Part shown: piece by piece, positions 9,821 to 19,912 of the stretch
Layout: the number at the start of each line of letters is the position of its first letter
How positions within the stretch are numbered: position 1 is the first letter of the stretch
Source: Candidatus Latescibacterota bacterium
GTDB lineage: Bacteria; Latescibacterota; UBA2968
DNA length: 64,000 nucleotides
NCBI GenBank assembly: GCA_965222605.1
Contig: OZ244960.1
Coordinates: 2,688,001 to 2,752,000 of the forward strand
Direction of reading: 5' to 3'
Position numbers and translations under genes: made by a program
Notes under the pieces: generated by a model
Databases searched by the model: none
What the model saw: the letters and a program-made list of their open reading frames with translations, nothing else
What the model was told of the DNA's origin: nothing

Positions 9821-10645
9821 ATGTATCGTCACTGTATTTGTATAGGAGCATTAATTTTTCTGAGCTTTCCCCTTTGGTCACAACAGAACACCGGGGATAG
9901 TGGGCCTTCACCTGGCGAGACTTTTCAAGATTGTGCTGAATGTCCAAAGATGGTGGTGGTGCCGTCGGGATCGTTCACGATGGGATCATCCAGGGGTGAG
10001 GCGAGTCATGATGATGATGAAGAACCGCTGCATAGGGTGCGTATAGATTACCGGTTTGCCGTAGGCGTATATGAGGTGACATTTGCCGAATGGTATGCCT
10101 GTCTGGATGCAGGTGGTTGTGGAAGCCGTATTCCGGATGATATGCGCTGGGGCCGCGGGAATCGTCCCGTGATGAATGTGAGTTGGGACGATGCGCAGTC
10201 TTATGTGCGTTGGTTGTCAGCACGGACGGGGCAATCATATCGTTTATTGAATGAATCGGAATGGGAGTATGTGGCGCGTGCAGGTACGGAGACAGCGTAT
10301 AGCTGGGGGGACAGCATAGGTGTCAACCGCGCCAATTGCAGGGGTTGCGGCAGTCAGTGGGACAGTACGCGGACGGCGCCTGTGGGATCGTTCGCAGCCA
10401 ATGCCTGGGGCGTTCACGATATGCACGGGAATGTGTGGGAGCTGGTACAGGACTGTTGGAAGTCCGGTTACGAGGGCGCACCTACAGACGGTTCTGCGTG
10501 GGAGTCTGAGGACTGCGACTATCGCGTGTTGCGTGGTGGTTCGTGTTACAAGTTGCCGGGGGACTTGCGTTCTGCGAATCGCGGTCCGGCTTCCACCGAT
10601 TCCCGGATCAGCCACTTCGGTTTTCGAGTTGCCCGGTCTTTTTAG
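9821..10645 (+). CDS. Secreted FGE-sulfatase (SUMF1/C-type-lectin-fold) domain protein, probable DGR target
   Basis: Signal peptide, FQDCAECPKMVVVPSGSFTMGS, DMHGNVWE, RVLRGGS...GFRVAR; avd directly downstream. Confidence 0.88.
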   Translation: MYRHCICIGALIFLSFPLWSQQNTGDSGPSPGETFQDCAECPKMVVVPSGSFTMGSSRGEASHDDDEEPLHRVRIDYRFAVGVYEVTFAEWYACLDAGGCGSRIPDDMRWGRGNRPVMNVSWDDAQSYVRWLSARTGQSYRLLNESEWEYVARAGTETAYSWGDSIGVNRANCRGCGSQWDSTRTAPVGSFAANAWGVHDMHGNVWELVQDCWKSGYEGAPTDGSAWESEDCDYRVLRGGSCYKLPGDLRSANRGPASTDSRISHFGFRVARSF

Positions 10646-10668
10646 CTCCTGATTCTTTACATCAGGAG
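10646..10668 (+). other. Hairpin just 3' of the putative variable region
   Basis: CTCCTGAT-tctttac-ATCAGGAG. Confidence 0.6.
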
Positions 10669-10676
10669 TCTATCTT

Positions 10677-10823
10677 TTGAATGATCTATCAAGAGTCAGC
10701 GCACGTCAAACTGGACCGACATTGAAGTCACATTACCAGTTTATCCTGTGGCTGGTGCCCACGCTGGAGCGATTTCCTCGCAATCAGAAGTTTCTTCTGG
10801 GCGACCGCATTCAAAGTACTGCC
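10677..10823 (+). pseudogene. avd: Truncated DGR accessory variability determinant (Avd)
   Basis: ARQTGPTLKSHYQFILWLVPTLERFPRNQKFLLGDRIQSTA matches the Avd N-terminus as recalled; similarity stops after ~49 aa. Confidence 0.8.
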
Positions 10824-10966
10824 CCGAAAAATGAGAGACTCGGGTGTACAGTTAATCTTCTAATAGATTTATTTTTACCGATTTTGTCAACCAGTTGTGC
10901 AGGCGTCCACGTTGCACAACCTCAATTTCAAATTTCAAATTTCCACGCTACAAAAAGGAGAAAACC

Positions 10967-11512
10967 ATGTGTAAACGAATCAGGGCTTTTGGTATTATCG
11001 CCTTGGCACTGTTGATTGCCATACTGTCCCCTGTTTATGGGAATGGGATAGCTAATCCGCCGAAGAATCAAGCACCTGTAGCGTTGGGCAAGATTGATCC
11101 CGTGACGATAGGTGTTGGTCCCGTGACTGTGGATGTATCGGGCAAATTCAGTGATGTGGATGGAGACACCTTGTATTTTACAGCGGCGGTGAGTGATACA
11201 GCCATTGCAACGGTGAGCGTGGATGGTAGTAAGGTGATCATCAAACCTGGGGCGAAGGCGGGCAATACGACGGTGACGGTGACAGCGACCAATCTATGGG
11301 GGTTGCGAGCGACGCAGAACATTGGCGTGGTACGTGAGGAGAACACAGTCCTGGAAAACATAGCCTGTTATGTGTTGGCACCGATTGGATTAGTAGGGAT
11401 CTCTTTACCTATCTTCTTAAATTTTAGTGTCAATATAAGTCCAAACTTTAATATTAATATTGGTCCAAAATTCAAGATTCGAAAAAATTACATGAACAAG
11501 CCGCGATCCTGA
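10967..11512 (+). CDS. Secreted protein with one cadherin/Ig-like domain
   Basis: AAGGAG SD, signal peptide, NQAPVA...FSDVDGDTLYF...TVTVTAT. Confidence 0.75.
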   Translation: MCKRIRAFGIIALALLIAILSPVYGNGIANPPKNQAPVALGKIDPVTIGVGPVTVDVSGKFSDVDGDTLYFTAAVSDTAIATVSVDGSKVIIKPGAKAGNTTVTVTATNLWGLRATQNIGVVREENTVLENIACYVLAPIGLVGISLPIFLNFSVNISPNFNINIGPKFKIRKNYMNKPRS

Positions 11513-11525
11513 ACCGGAAATCGCA

Positions 11526-12422
11526 TCATTCATCTAACAGATGCTGAAATGCTTCAAGACTGACCACCTGGACCGCCGCGCGGTGCAACTGCTTGAGGCG
11601 TTGCAAATCGTCGATGGCCGCGATGCGAGCAGATAGGGGATCTGTCTCGCGGAGATCAAATCGAATTTTCAACACGTCGAGGATACTTTCCCTGAGTCCT
11701 TGTTCAATGCCTTCCTCTCTGCCTTCCTCTCTGCTTTGTTGGGTAAAGCGTTGGATAAGGGATGATTCGCGGATGAGATCCATGATGCCCTCCTTGAATA
11801 TGATATCAGAAATGGTTTCGGACTCATATACCAACTCACTCAATGCCACCATGCCAGCGAGATAATCGGCCCTGGACGACCGAGCGATGGGGCGCGTCCG
11901 AGCCGTGTGAATACACTGATGTAACCACGCATCTGAGGTCATCTCTTCAGGTGGCTTCATCAACGGCGTGAAAGGAATCAGACCCGAATGCCCCGCATCG
12001 AGGACGCGCTGACCTTCTATCTCAATCAGTCTGATCACCTTGTACTGAATCGCGATGTGGTAGCCGCGCCGCTCCTGGACATAGTGCCCCGGATCGCGCC
12101 GCCCAGCATCGGGACGCAGGTAGATCACGTTGGAATATATCGGCAGGCCATGATGCTCAATGGCACGTCCGATATAGCCGACCATGCGGCGCGGCATAGG
12201 CGGATTGGTGCTATCAGTCGTTTGAAACTCGTTGTGAACTAATGCTTCCTCGCCATCGATGCTCACGCGAATCAGGCTATCGGTTCGGTGTGCTTCAACA
12301 GTGAGTTGCTCTGTGTCAATGACTGCAAGAACTTCAACGTCCTCGCGTCCGAGGGTGAAGTTAGCGAAGTCGTCGGGATAAGTTTGAATCAGGTGTTTTG
12401 AAATCGTATCAAATTCTGCCAT
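11526..12422 (-). CDS. Rpn-family (recombination-promoting nuclease/YhgA-like PD-(D/E)XK) protein
   Basis: FDTISKHL, RTDSL, HNEFQT, RRMVGY, C-terminal REEGREEGIEQG. Confidence 0.85.
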   Translation of the reverse strand: MAEFDTISKHLIQTYPDDFANFTLGREDVEVLAVIDTEQLTVEAHRTDSLIRVSIDGEEALVHNEFQTTDSTNPPMPRRMVGYIGRAIEHHGLPIYSNVIYLRPDAGRRDPGHYVQERRGYHIAIQYKVIRLIEIEGQRVLDAGHSGLIPFTPLMKPPEEMTSDAWLHQCIHTARTRPIARSSRADYLAGMVALSELVYESETISDIIFKEGIMDLIRESSLIQRFTQQSREEGREEGIEQGLRESILDVLKIRFDLRETDPLSARIAAIDDLQRLKQLHRAAVQVVSLEAFQHLLDE

Positions 12423-12761
12423 GTGAGATGCCCTGGTCTGAAGGTTGGTCGTATTTTGGACAAACGCAACAGTCAGAACCCAAGCAAATATCAAGCCAAA
12501 AATGTAAATATCACAAAATTGCGCGATAAAAGAGGCTCGACAGAAACGCAGGCACCTCATTATGCCTTCAATATGCAGTATCGCACCGTTGTTCACAACT
12601 TGAATTTGTGGATTGCCTGTTGAAGCGGAGATAGAGGAGCACAAGTGTTGGCGGTAAAAGTGTACATTTTGAGCGATAAATGAGCGGTATGGTGAAAGAA
12701 TTATCCCTTACTTCAGGGAGAAAATTGCCAGGGCGCGATTGAGATGACAGGCAAAAATCAC

Positions 12762-12829
12762 TGGATCGCGGCTTAAACCCTGCCGCGATGACGGGAGCTG
12801 AGGACTGCTCAATACCCTGCCGCGATGAC
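12762..12829 (+). repeat. REP family A, full plus partial copy
   Basis: TGGATCGCGGC..GCCGCGATGAC, then ..CCCTGCCGCGATGAC. Confidence 0.85.
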
Positions 12830-12855
12830 GGCGATGTTGATGCAGAGCCAAAACA

Positions 12856-12901
12856 AAAGGCCGTAAGTGTTGCTCAGTTGCAACAGAAACTTACGACCTT
12901 T
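12856..12901 (-). terminator. Hairpin downstream of tRNA-Gln
   Basis: AAAGGCCGTAAGTGTTGC...GCAACAgaaACTTACGACCTTT. Confidence 0.6.
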
Positions 12902-12935
12902 GAAGATAGATCACAGTTCAGCGAGAAGAGACAGT

Positions 12936-13009
12936 TGGTTGCCCCCCAGGGATTCGAACCCCGATTCTACGGTCCAGAGCCGCATGTCTTGCCATTAGAC
13001 CAGGGGGCA
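12936..13009 (-). tRNA. tRNA-Gln(CTG)
   Basis: TGCCCCC/GGGGGCA acceptor stem, CTCTGGA loop, GTTCGAATC, encoded CCA. Confidence 0.95.
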
Positions 13010-13044
13010 ACAATGTAATCAGCGTTTCGGGATGACACGCACCA

Positions 13045-14466
13045 TCACGACCCCAAAACCTCCAGCGCCTTTTTCAGCCGGCGAACACAGGTTTCCCTTC
13101 CAAGCACAGCCATCAACTCAAACAACCCTGGCCCAAACCCAACGCCGCAAAGCGCGAGACGCGTAGGATGAATAAGCCTGGAAGCCGATATGCCCAATTC
13201 ACCAGCCAGCGTGCGCGTCACACCTTCGATATCGCCTTCGCCAAACGAATCCAAATCCTGCAAACGCTCAATCATCATATCAACGCGCTCGGGCGTATCC
13301 GTCTTCCAATTCTTCTTTGCCGTCTTTGCATCATACACTTCCGGGTCCACAAAAAAATAACTCGTATGCTTCAAATCCTCGAGCGTATGCAATCGCGGCT
13401 GCAACAACTCGGCAATCTTCATCAACTCATCCCGCCGCTCAGACGCCTCTGCCTCCGTAAGCCACCCCTCCGCAATCCAAATCGGTATCGCATCGTCCAA
13501 AACCGCACCCACCGGACGAAGACGCATCTGCTCGCCATTGAGCCAGACCAGCTTCTTCTCGTCGAAAATCGCGTCCCGCTTGAGCAACCCCTCAACCGAA
13601 AACACCTCCGCCAACTCACCGCGCGCAAACACCTCGCGCTCATCCCCGGGTGCCCATCCCAACAACGCGAGATAATTAAACATCGCATCCGACAAAAAAC
13701 CCCGCTCCCGATACTCCGAAATCGTCGTCGCACCATGGCGCTTTGACAACTTGCTACCATCAGGACCCAAAATCAGCGTCGAATGCCCATACTCGGGCAC
13801 CATCCATGAAAGCGCCTCAAACAGCATAATTTGTTTGGGCGTATTCGACAAATGGTCCGCAGACCGCAACACCAGATTCACACCCATATTGTGATCATCA
13901 ACCACCACCGCAAGATTGTAAACAGGAGAACCGTCGGGCCGCAACAAAACAAAATCTTCAACCTCGGCATTATCCCACCGCTGCACCCCCCGAATGCGAT
14001 CATGCCAGACCGTCTCACCCGCAGGCACCTTAAACCGCACAACCCTGGGCCGCCCCTCGGCTTCATAAGCCGCCTGCCGTTCGGGCGTCAAATCCCGATT
14101 GTAGCGCACGCGCCGCTTCTCAATCTGAGCCTGCCTGCGCATCGCATCGAGCTCTTCAGCAGTCTCATACCCATAATACGCATGCCCAGTTTCCACCAAA
14201 CGCGCCGCTGCTTGCTTATGCGCCTCGGCATTATCCGACTGAAACACTGGCTCGGCGTCAAAATCAACACCGAGCCAGTTCAAACCATCCAGAATCGTTT
14301 GAAGAGACGACTCTGTAAAACGCTCTCGATCCGTATCTTCAACGCGCAACAACAACCTTGCTTTATAGTGCTTCGCGTAAAGATGATTAAAAATCGCCGT
14401 TCGCGCATTCCCCACATGAAACCCACCAGTGGGAGACGGCGCAAATCGCAAAACCGTATCAGACAT
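13045..14466 (-). CDS. gltX: Glutamyl-tRNA synthetase
   Basis: RFAPSPTG, HVGN, LRVEDTD, KLSKRHG. Confidence 0.98.
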   Translation of the reverse strand: MSDTVLRFAPSPTGGFHVGNARTAIFNHLYAKHYKARLLLRVEDTDRERFTESSLQTILDGLNWLGVDFDAEPVFQSDNAEAHKQAAARLVETGHAYYGYETAEELDAMRRQAQIEKRRVRYNRDLTPERQAAYEAEGRPRVVRFKVPAGETVWHDRIRGVQRWDNAEVEDFVLLRPDGSPVYNLAVVVDDHNMGVNLVLRSADHLSNTPKQIMLFEALSWMVPEYGHSTLILGPDGSKLSKRHGATTISEYRERGFLSDAMFNYLALLGWAPGDEREVFARGELAEVFSVEGLLKRDAIFDEKKLVWLNGEQMRLRPVGAVLDDAIPIWIAEGWLTEAEASERRDELMKIAELLQPRLHTLEDLKHTSYFFVDPEVYDAKTAKKNWKTDTPERVDMMIERLQDLDSFGEGDIEGVTRTLAGELGISASRLIHPTRLALCGVGFGPGLFELMAVLGRETCVRRLKKALEVLGS

Positions 14467-14499
14467 CAAAAATCAACCTATCAATTAACCGCGAATATT

Positions 14500-14591
<92 letters not shown>

Positions 14592-14648
14592 GCAATCAAA
14601 AACAGACCAGCAGAAAGTAACAAAGGACCTGTATAAATGCAAGATAAA

Positions 14649-14736
14649 TGGCGGTGGGGGTGGGATTCGAACCCACGGACCCGTGAAGGTCAACGGTTTT
14701 CAAGACCGCCCGATTCGACCGCTCTCGCACCCCACC
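14649..14736 (-). tRNA. tRNA-Ser(TGA)
   Basis: GGTGGGG acceptor, CTTGAAA loop, long variable arm, CCA. Confidence 0.95.
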
Positions 14737-14920
14737 GCATCATCCGAAAAGTATAGACAAGCGCACCATCTCTGTCAAGCGGTTTGTATCAACTCAGCTT
14801 AACCACACTTAAACTTTGTTTTTCTTCTATTTAGCAAACAAATACCCAATAAATACATCCACCAAAAAAGAATTTGCTTTGCCCGTGCCCTTCCTGTATT
14901 TTTAGGCACAAACCTGTAAC

Positions 14921-16558
14921 ATGACCCAGAGAAACTCATACCGCACACTTGACCTCGCACCCTCCCCTATGATCGCGCTAATCACCGGCTCCCAGATGGC
15001 ATCCATTGACCGTCGGGCAATTAATAGTGGTATGCCGGGCATTAAACTCATGGAAGCCGCCGGACAAGGCATAACCCGGGTAGTAGAAAACCTCCTGGGC
15101 GAACTCCAAAACCGGCACATCGTCATCCTGTGTGGCAAAGGCAACAATGGCGGCGACGGATTTGTCGTTGCCAGGCAAGCTGCCCAATGCGGCGCCAGAG
15201 TCCAGGTATTCACAGCCACATCCGCAAATGAAATAACAGGCGATGCCAAAACCAACTTCAACCGACTGCCCCCAGACATTGTGCAGTCGGTTGACCGTAT
15301 CGCAACAGTACAAAACGCGCTAACCAATGCCGACATCGCCATTGACGCGCTCCTGGGCACGGGCATTCGAGGTCCCGCCCGCGGCATCTACGCCGACCTC
15401 ATAAACGCCCTCGCCCGCGCAAAATGCCCCATTGTCGCCGTAGATATACCCTCTGGACTCAACGCCGACACGGGCAAAATCGAAGGACCCTGTGCAACCG
15501 CAACATGCACAGTCACATTTGCACAGCCTCGCATTGGACACTTTTTTTACCCCGGTCGCGCCCAATGCGGCAAATTGCACCTCATCGACATCGGGATACC
15601 CCCTGCGGCAATTGAGCGCGAACGCATCAGCACGTACCTGATCGACAACCGCCGCTGCGCGCGCCTGCTTCCCCACCGGGAACCCGACGCCCACAAAGGG
15701 GATTGCGGCAGAGTATATATCCTCGCCGGATCCGTGGGACTCACAGGCGCGGCCGCACTCTCTGCAAACGCGGCAATAAGAGGAGGCGCGGGCCTCGTCA
15801 CACTCGGCGTACCCAAAAGCCTCAACGACATACTCGAAACCAAAGTCACCGAAGCAATGACCCACCCGCTTCCCGAAGTAAAACAAGTCAGATGCCTGTC
15901 CCTGCGCGCTCGGGGCGATATTCAACGCGCATGTCGCACAGCCGACAGCATAGCCATTGGGCCAGGCCTGGGTACCCATCGTGAAACCGTCGAACTCATC
16001 CGCCGCCTCGTGCGCGACCTGAGCTGTCCCGCAGTCATCGACGCCGACGCACTCAACGCACTCGCCGGCGACCTCGATGCGATTCGCGCCTGCGAAACAC
16101 CCCTGGTACTCACCCCGCATATCGGGGAATTTGCGCGCCTGACCGACACCGCCGAAATACAGCGCGACCCCATTGCACTGGCACTGGAATTTGCCTCCGA
16201 TGTCGATGCCACCATAGTCCTGAAAGGCGCGCCAACCATTGTCGCAACACCAGAAGGCGAGGCCCACATCAACCCAACCGGCAACCCGGGAATGGCCACC
16301 GGCGGCACAGGAGATGTACTCACGGGCCTATTGGCCGCACTCATCGGTCAAGGACTCAACACTTCAGACGCTGCATGCACAGCCGTCTATCTTCACGGCC
16401 TCGCCGCCGATATCGCAGCCCAAAAAACCGGACACATAAGTCTGATAGCCAGCGACATCATCGAAAATTTTGCCGCCGCCATTCACCAGATTCTCAACGA
16501 TGACACACGGGACGGCACAGGGACCGTCCCCTACAATCGAATACGATCATTGCAGTAG
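14921..16558 (+). CDS. nnr: Bifunctional NAD(P)HX epimerase/dehydratase (start may be 14969)
   Basis: LMEAAG, CGKGNNGGDG, VDIPSG, HKGDCG, LTPHIGE, MATGGTGDVL. Confidence 0.95.
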   Translation: MTQRNSYRTLDLAPSPMIALITGSQMASIDRRAINSGMPGIKLMEAAGQGITRVVENLLGELQNRHIVILCGKGNNGGDGFVVARQAAQCGARVQVFTATSANEITGDAKTNFNRLPPDIVQSVDRIATVQNALTNADIAIDALLGTGIRGPARGIYADLINALARAKCPIVAVDIPSGLNADTGKIEGPCATATCTVTFAQPRIGHFFYPGRAQCGKLHLIDIGIPPAAIERERISTYLIDNRRCARLLPHREPDAHKGDCGRVYILAGSVGLTGAAALSANAAIRGGAGLVTLGVPKSLNDILETKVTEAMTHPLPEVKQVRCLSLRARGDIQRACRTADSIAIGPGLGTHRETVELIRRLVRDLSCPAVIDADALNALAGDLDAIRACETPLVLTPHIGEFARLTDTAEIQRDPIALALEFASDVDATIVLKGAPTIVATPEGEAHINPTGNPGMATGGTGDVLTGLLAALIGQGLNTSDAACTAVYLHGLAADIAAQKTGHISLIASDIIENFAAAIHQILNDDTRDGTGTVPYNRIRSLQ

Positions 16559-16581
16559 GGGCGGTGCCCCTGTGCCCGCCC
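16509..16581. repeat. GTAG-type REP family B, inverted doublet overlapping the nnr 3' end
   Basis: GGGACGGCACAGGGACCGTCCCCTAC and GTAGGGGCGGTGCCCCTGTGCCCGCCC; relatives at 28759, 59092, 59949. Confidence 0.85.
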
Positions 16582-16609
16582 GCTGACCGCTAACCGCTGA
16601 AAGCTCTTC

Positions 16610-18058
16610 ATGCCCAAACGAAACGACCTGAAAAAAATAATGCTCATCGGCTCTGGTCCCATCGTCATCGGACAAGCCTGTGAATTTGACTACTCGGGCA
16701 CACAAGCCTGCAAAGCCCTCAAAGAAGAGGGATACGAAGTCGTGCTGGTCAACAGCAATCCCGCCACCATCATGACCGACCCCGAAATGGCTGACCAGAC
16801 ATACCTCGAACCCGTCACACCCGAAGTATGCGCAGCCATCATCGAAAAAGAACGCCCAGATGCCCTCCTCCCAACACTCGGCGGACAAACGGGCCTCAAC
16901 ACAGCCATGGCCCTGCACGAACAGGGAACACTCGAAAAATTCGATGTCGAAATGATCGGCGCAAAACCACACGCCATTGAAAAAGCGGAAAACCGCGAAG
17001 CCTTTCAAAAAGCCATGGGCAAAATCGGCCTCGACTTCCCCAAAGGCCGATTCGCCTACACCCTCAAAGAAGCACTCGCCATCACTGCTGAAATCGGATT
17101 CCCAGCCATCATCCGCCCATCCTACACCCTGGGCGGCACAGGCGCTGGCACCGCGTACAACATCGAAGAATTTAGACACGCTGCTGCACACGGCCTCAGC
17201 CTATCGCCCACATCTGAGATCCTCGTAGAAGAATCCATCATCGGCTGGAAAGAATTCGAACTCGAAGTCATGCGCGACCAAAACGACAACGTCGTCATCA
17301 TCTGCGCCATAGAAAACTTCGACCCAATGGGCGTTCACACGGGCGACTCTATCACCGTGGCACCAGCGCAAACGCTCACCGACAAAGAGTACCAGGAAAT
17401 GCGCGATGATGCCATCGCCTGCATCCGCGAAATCGGCGTGGAAACCGGCGGCTCCAATATCCAGTTTGCAGTAGATCCCAACACGGGCCGGCGCGTCGTC
17501 ATAGAAATGAACCCCCGCGTATCCCGCAGTTCTGCACTCGCCTCCAAAGCCACGGGCTTTCCCATTGCCAAAATAGCCGCCAAGCTCGCCATTGGATACA
17601 CCCTGGACGAAATACAAAACGACATCACGCGCGAAACACCCGCCTCATTTGAACCCACCATCGACTATTGCGTCATCAAAATCCCGCGCTGGACATTTGA
17701 AAAATTTCCCCAAACCGCTGACATCCTGGGCACACAAATGAAATCAGTAGGTGAAACCATGGCCATAGGTCGCACGTTTAAAGAAGCACTGCAAAAAGGC
17801 TTGCGCTCTCTCGAAATCGGGCGCGCGGGTTTTGGCGCCGATGGCAAAGACATCCCCCCCAACACCCTCACCCGCGAAGCCCTCGAACGCGGCCTGCGCG
17901 AACCCAATTCGCAACGACTAACCTATCTCAAAACTGCTTATGACGCGGGATTGTCTGTACAGGAAATTTTTGACGCCACCAAAATTGACCCCTGGTTCCT
18001 CCACAACATGCGACAACTCGTCGAAATCGAAAAAGAACTCGCCGCCCTAATGGACTAA
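16610..18058 (+). CDS. carB: Carbamoyl-phosphate synthase large subunit, N-terminal part
   Basis: [48 protein letters not shown]. Confidence 0.95.
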   Translation: MPKRNDLKKIMLIGSGPIVIGQACEFDYSGTQACKALKEEGYEVVLVNSNPATIMTDPEMADQTYLEPVTPEVCAAIIEKERPDALLPTLGGQTGLNTAMALHEQGTLEKFDVEMIGAKPHAIEKAENREAFQKAMGKIGLDFPKGRFAYTLKEALAITAEIGFPAIIRPSYTLGGTGAGTAYNIEEFRHAAAHGLSLSPTSEILVEESIIGWKEFELEVMRDQNDNVVIICAIENFDPMGVHTGDSITVAPAQTLTDKEYQEMRDDAIACIREIGVETGGSNIQFAVDPNTGRRVVIEMNPRVSRSSALASKATGFPIAKIAAKLAIGYTLDEIQNDITRETPASFEPTIDYCVIKIPRWTFEKFPQTADILGTQMKSVGETMAIGRTFKEALQKGLRSLEIGRAGFGADGKDIPPNTLTREALERGLREPNSQRLTYLKTAYDAGLSVQEIFDATKIDPWFLHNMRQLVEIEKELAALMD

Positions 18059-18060
18059 CC

Positions 18061-19878
18061 ATGAAAAAACAGCACACCCTCAATGACTTAAAATCGCGTA
18101 TCTCCCGCGCTGACCTGCACAAAGCCAAACGCCACGGCTTCTCCGACCGCCAACTGGCACACCTGTGGCGCAGTGATGAATGGGCTGTTCGCGCCTTGCG
18201 AAAAGAACTCGGCGTCGCGCCCGTTTTCAAAACCGTAGATACATGCGCGGCCGAATTTGAAGCCTATACACCGTATCACTACTCAACTTATGAGACAGAA
18301 ACCGAAGCCGTGCGATCCAATCGCCAAAAAATCATGATCCTGGGCGGCGGTCCCAATCGCATTGGACAGGGCATCGAATTCGACTATTGTTGTTGCCACG
18401 CCTCCTATGCCCTCAAAGAAGACGGCTTTGAGACCATCATGGTCAACTCCAATCCCGAAACCGTCTCCACGGACTACGACACATCCGACAAACTCTACTT
18501 CGAACCGCTCACTGCCGAAGACGTACTCAACATTGCCGATGTTGAACAACCCGACGGTGTCATCGTTCAATTCGGCGGGCAAACACCCCTCAACCTCGCG
18601 CGCGACCTCGAACGCGGGGGCCTCAACATCGCCGGCACATCGCCCGACGCCATTGACCTGGCCGAAGACCGCAAGCGCTTTGGCGCCCTCATCAAAGAAC
18701 TGGGCATCCGACAACCCGAAAACGGCACCGCAGTAAGCACCGACGAAGCAATCGCCATTGCCAAACAAATCGGATATCCCGTCCTCGTGCGCCCCTCTTA
18801 CGTACTCGGAGGCCGCGCAATGGCGATCGTATATGACCGCGACGCCCTCATCGCCTATATGCGCAATGCCATAGAAGCCTCTCCTGAACGGCCCATCCTC
18901 ATCGACCGGTTCTTAGAAGACGCACACGAATTTGATGTCGATGCCGTAGCAGACCCAACAGCAGTCGTCATCGGCGGCATCATGCAACACATCGAAAGTG
19001 CGGGCGTTCACTCTGGCGATAGCGCCTGCGTATTGCCCCCCTATCAGATCTCCGACGCCAACCTCGATGAACTGCGACGTCACACCCACGCACTCGCCAG
19101 AGCACTCAATGTAGTTGGCCTCATGAACATTCAGTTTGCAATTCAAGGCGAAGACGTATTTATTATCGAAGTCAATCCCAGGGCATCGCGCACTGTCCCC
19201 TTTGTCAGCAAAGCCATTGGCGTACCCCTGGCCAAAGTCGCTGTCCGCGCAATGGTCGGGCGCACACTTGTAGAACAGGACTTCACCCGGGAAGTACCCA
19301 TCAATCACATCGCCGTCAAAGAAGCCGTCTTGCCCTTCAACAAATTTCCCGGCGTTGACACCGTCCTCGGTCCCGAAATGAAATCCACCGGCGAAGTCAT
19401 GGGCATAGATACCGACTTTGGCCTCAGCTTCCAAAAAGCGCAACTCGGCGCAGGCGTGCGCTTGCCCCAGGAGGGAACGGTATTTTTAAGCGTCAACGAC
19501 CGCGACAAAGAAGGGCTTGTACCCATTGCCCAACAACTATCCGACATGGACTTTCGCCTGATTGCCACACGAGGAACGCACGCCTTTCTCCAAAACCACA
19601 ACATTGCCTGTAATTTGATCCTCAAACTTCAAGAAGGGCGCCCAAATATCCTCGACGCCATCAAAAACGGCGAAATATCTCTCATGATCAACACGCCCGC
19701 GGGAGAGCAATCCCAGGCCGCTGATCCTGAAATTCGCAAAGCCGCCGTTCAATACGGCCTGCCCTACACAACCACCTTATCGGGCGCGGCTGCCGCTGTT
19801 GCCGGCATCCAATCGCTCAAAAACAACAGCACAATTCGCATCCGTTCACTCCAGGATTTTCATAATGAACTGGTCTGA
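18061..19878 (+). CDS. carB: Carbamoyl-phosphate synthase large subunit, C-terminal part
   Basis: GFSDRQLA, KTVDTCAAEF, GPNRIGQGIEFDY, EVNPRASRT, MGS domain. Confidence 0.95.
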   Translation: MKKQHTLNDLKSRISRADLHKAKRHGFSDRQLAHLWRSDEWAVRALRKELGVAPVFKTVDTCAAEFEAYTPYHYSTYETETEAVRSNRQKIMILGGGPNRIGQGIEFDYCCCHASYALKEDGFETIMVNSNPETVSTDYDTSDKLYFEPLTAEDVLNIADVEQPDGVIVQFGGQTPLNLARDLERGGLNIAGTSPDAIDLAEDRKRFGALIKELGIRQPENGTAVSTDEAIAIAKQIGYPVLVRPSYVLGGRAMAIVYDRDALIAYMRNAIEASPERPILIDRFLEDAHEFDVDAVADPTAVVIGGIMQHIESAGVHSGDSACVLPPYQISDANLDELRRHTHALARALNVVGLMNIQFAIQGEDVFIIEVNPRASRTVPFVSKAIGVPLAKVAVRAMVGRTLVEQDFTREVPINHIAVKEAVLPFNKFPGVDTVLGPEMKSTGEVMGIDTDFGLSFQKAQLGAGVRLPQEGTVFLSVNDRDKEGLVPIAQQLSDMDFRLIATRGTHAFLQNHNIACNLILKLQEGRPNILDAIKNGEISLMINTPAGEQSQAADPEIRKAAVQYGLPYTTTLSGAAAAVAGIQSLKNNSTIRIRSLQDFHNELV

Positions 19879-19912
19879 ACTGCGACCAGTTGTACACCGT
19901 TCCTTAATTCCT

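Noticed and set aside
9821-10645. Catalytic formylglycine-generating enzyme for the neighbouring sulfatase motif
   Set aside because: Lacks the catalytic Cys-pair motif after RGGS; secreted and avd-linked, so a binding fold is more likely
9821-12422. Complete active DGR
   Set aside because: No reverse transcriptase ORF and no template repeat found in the window
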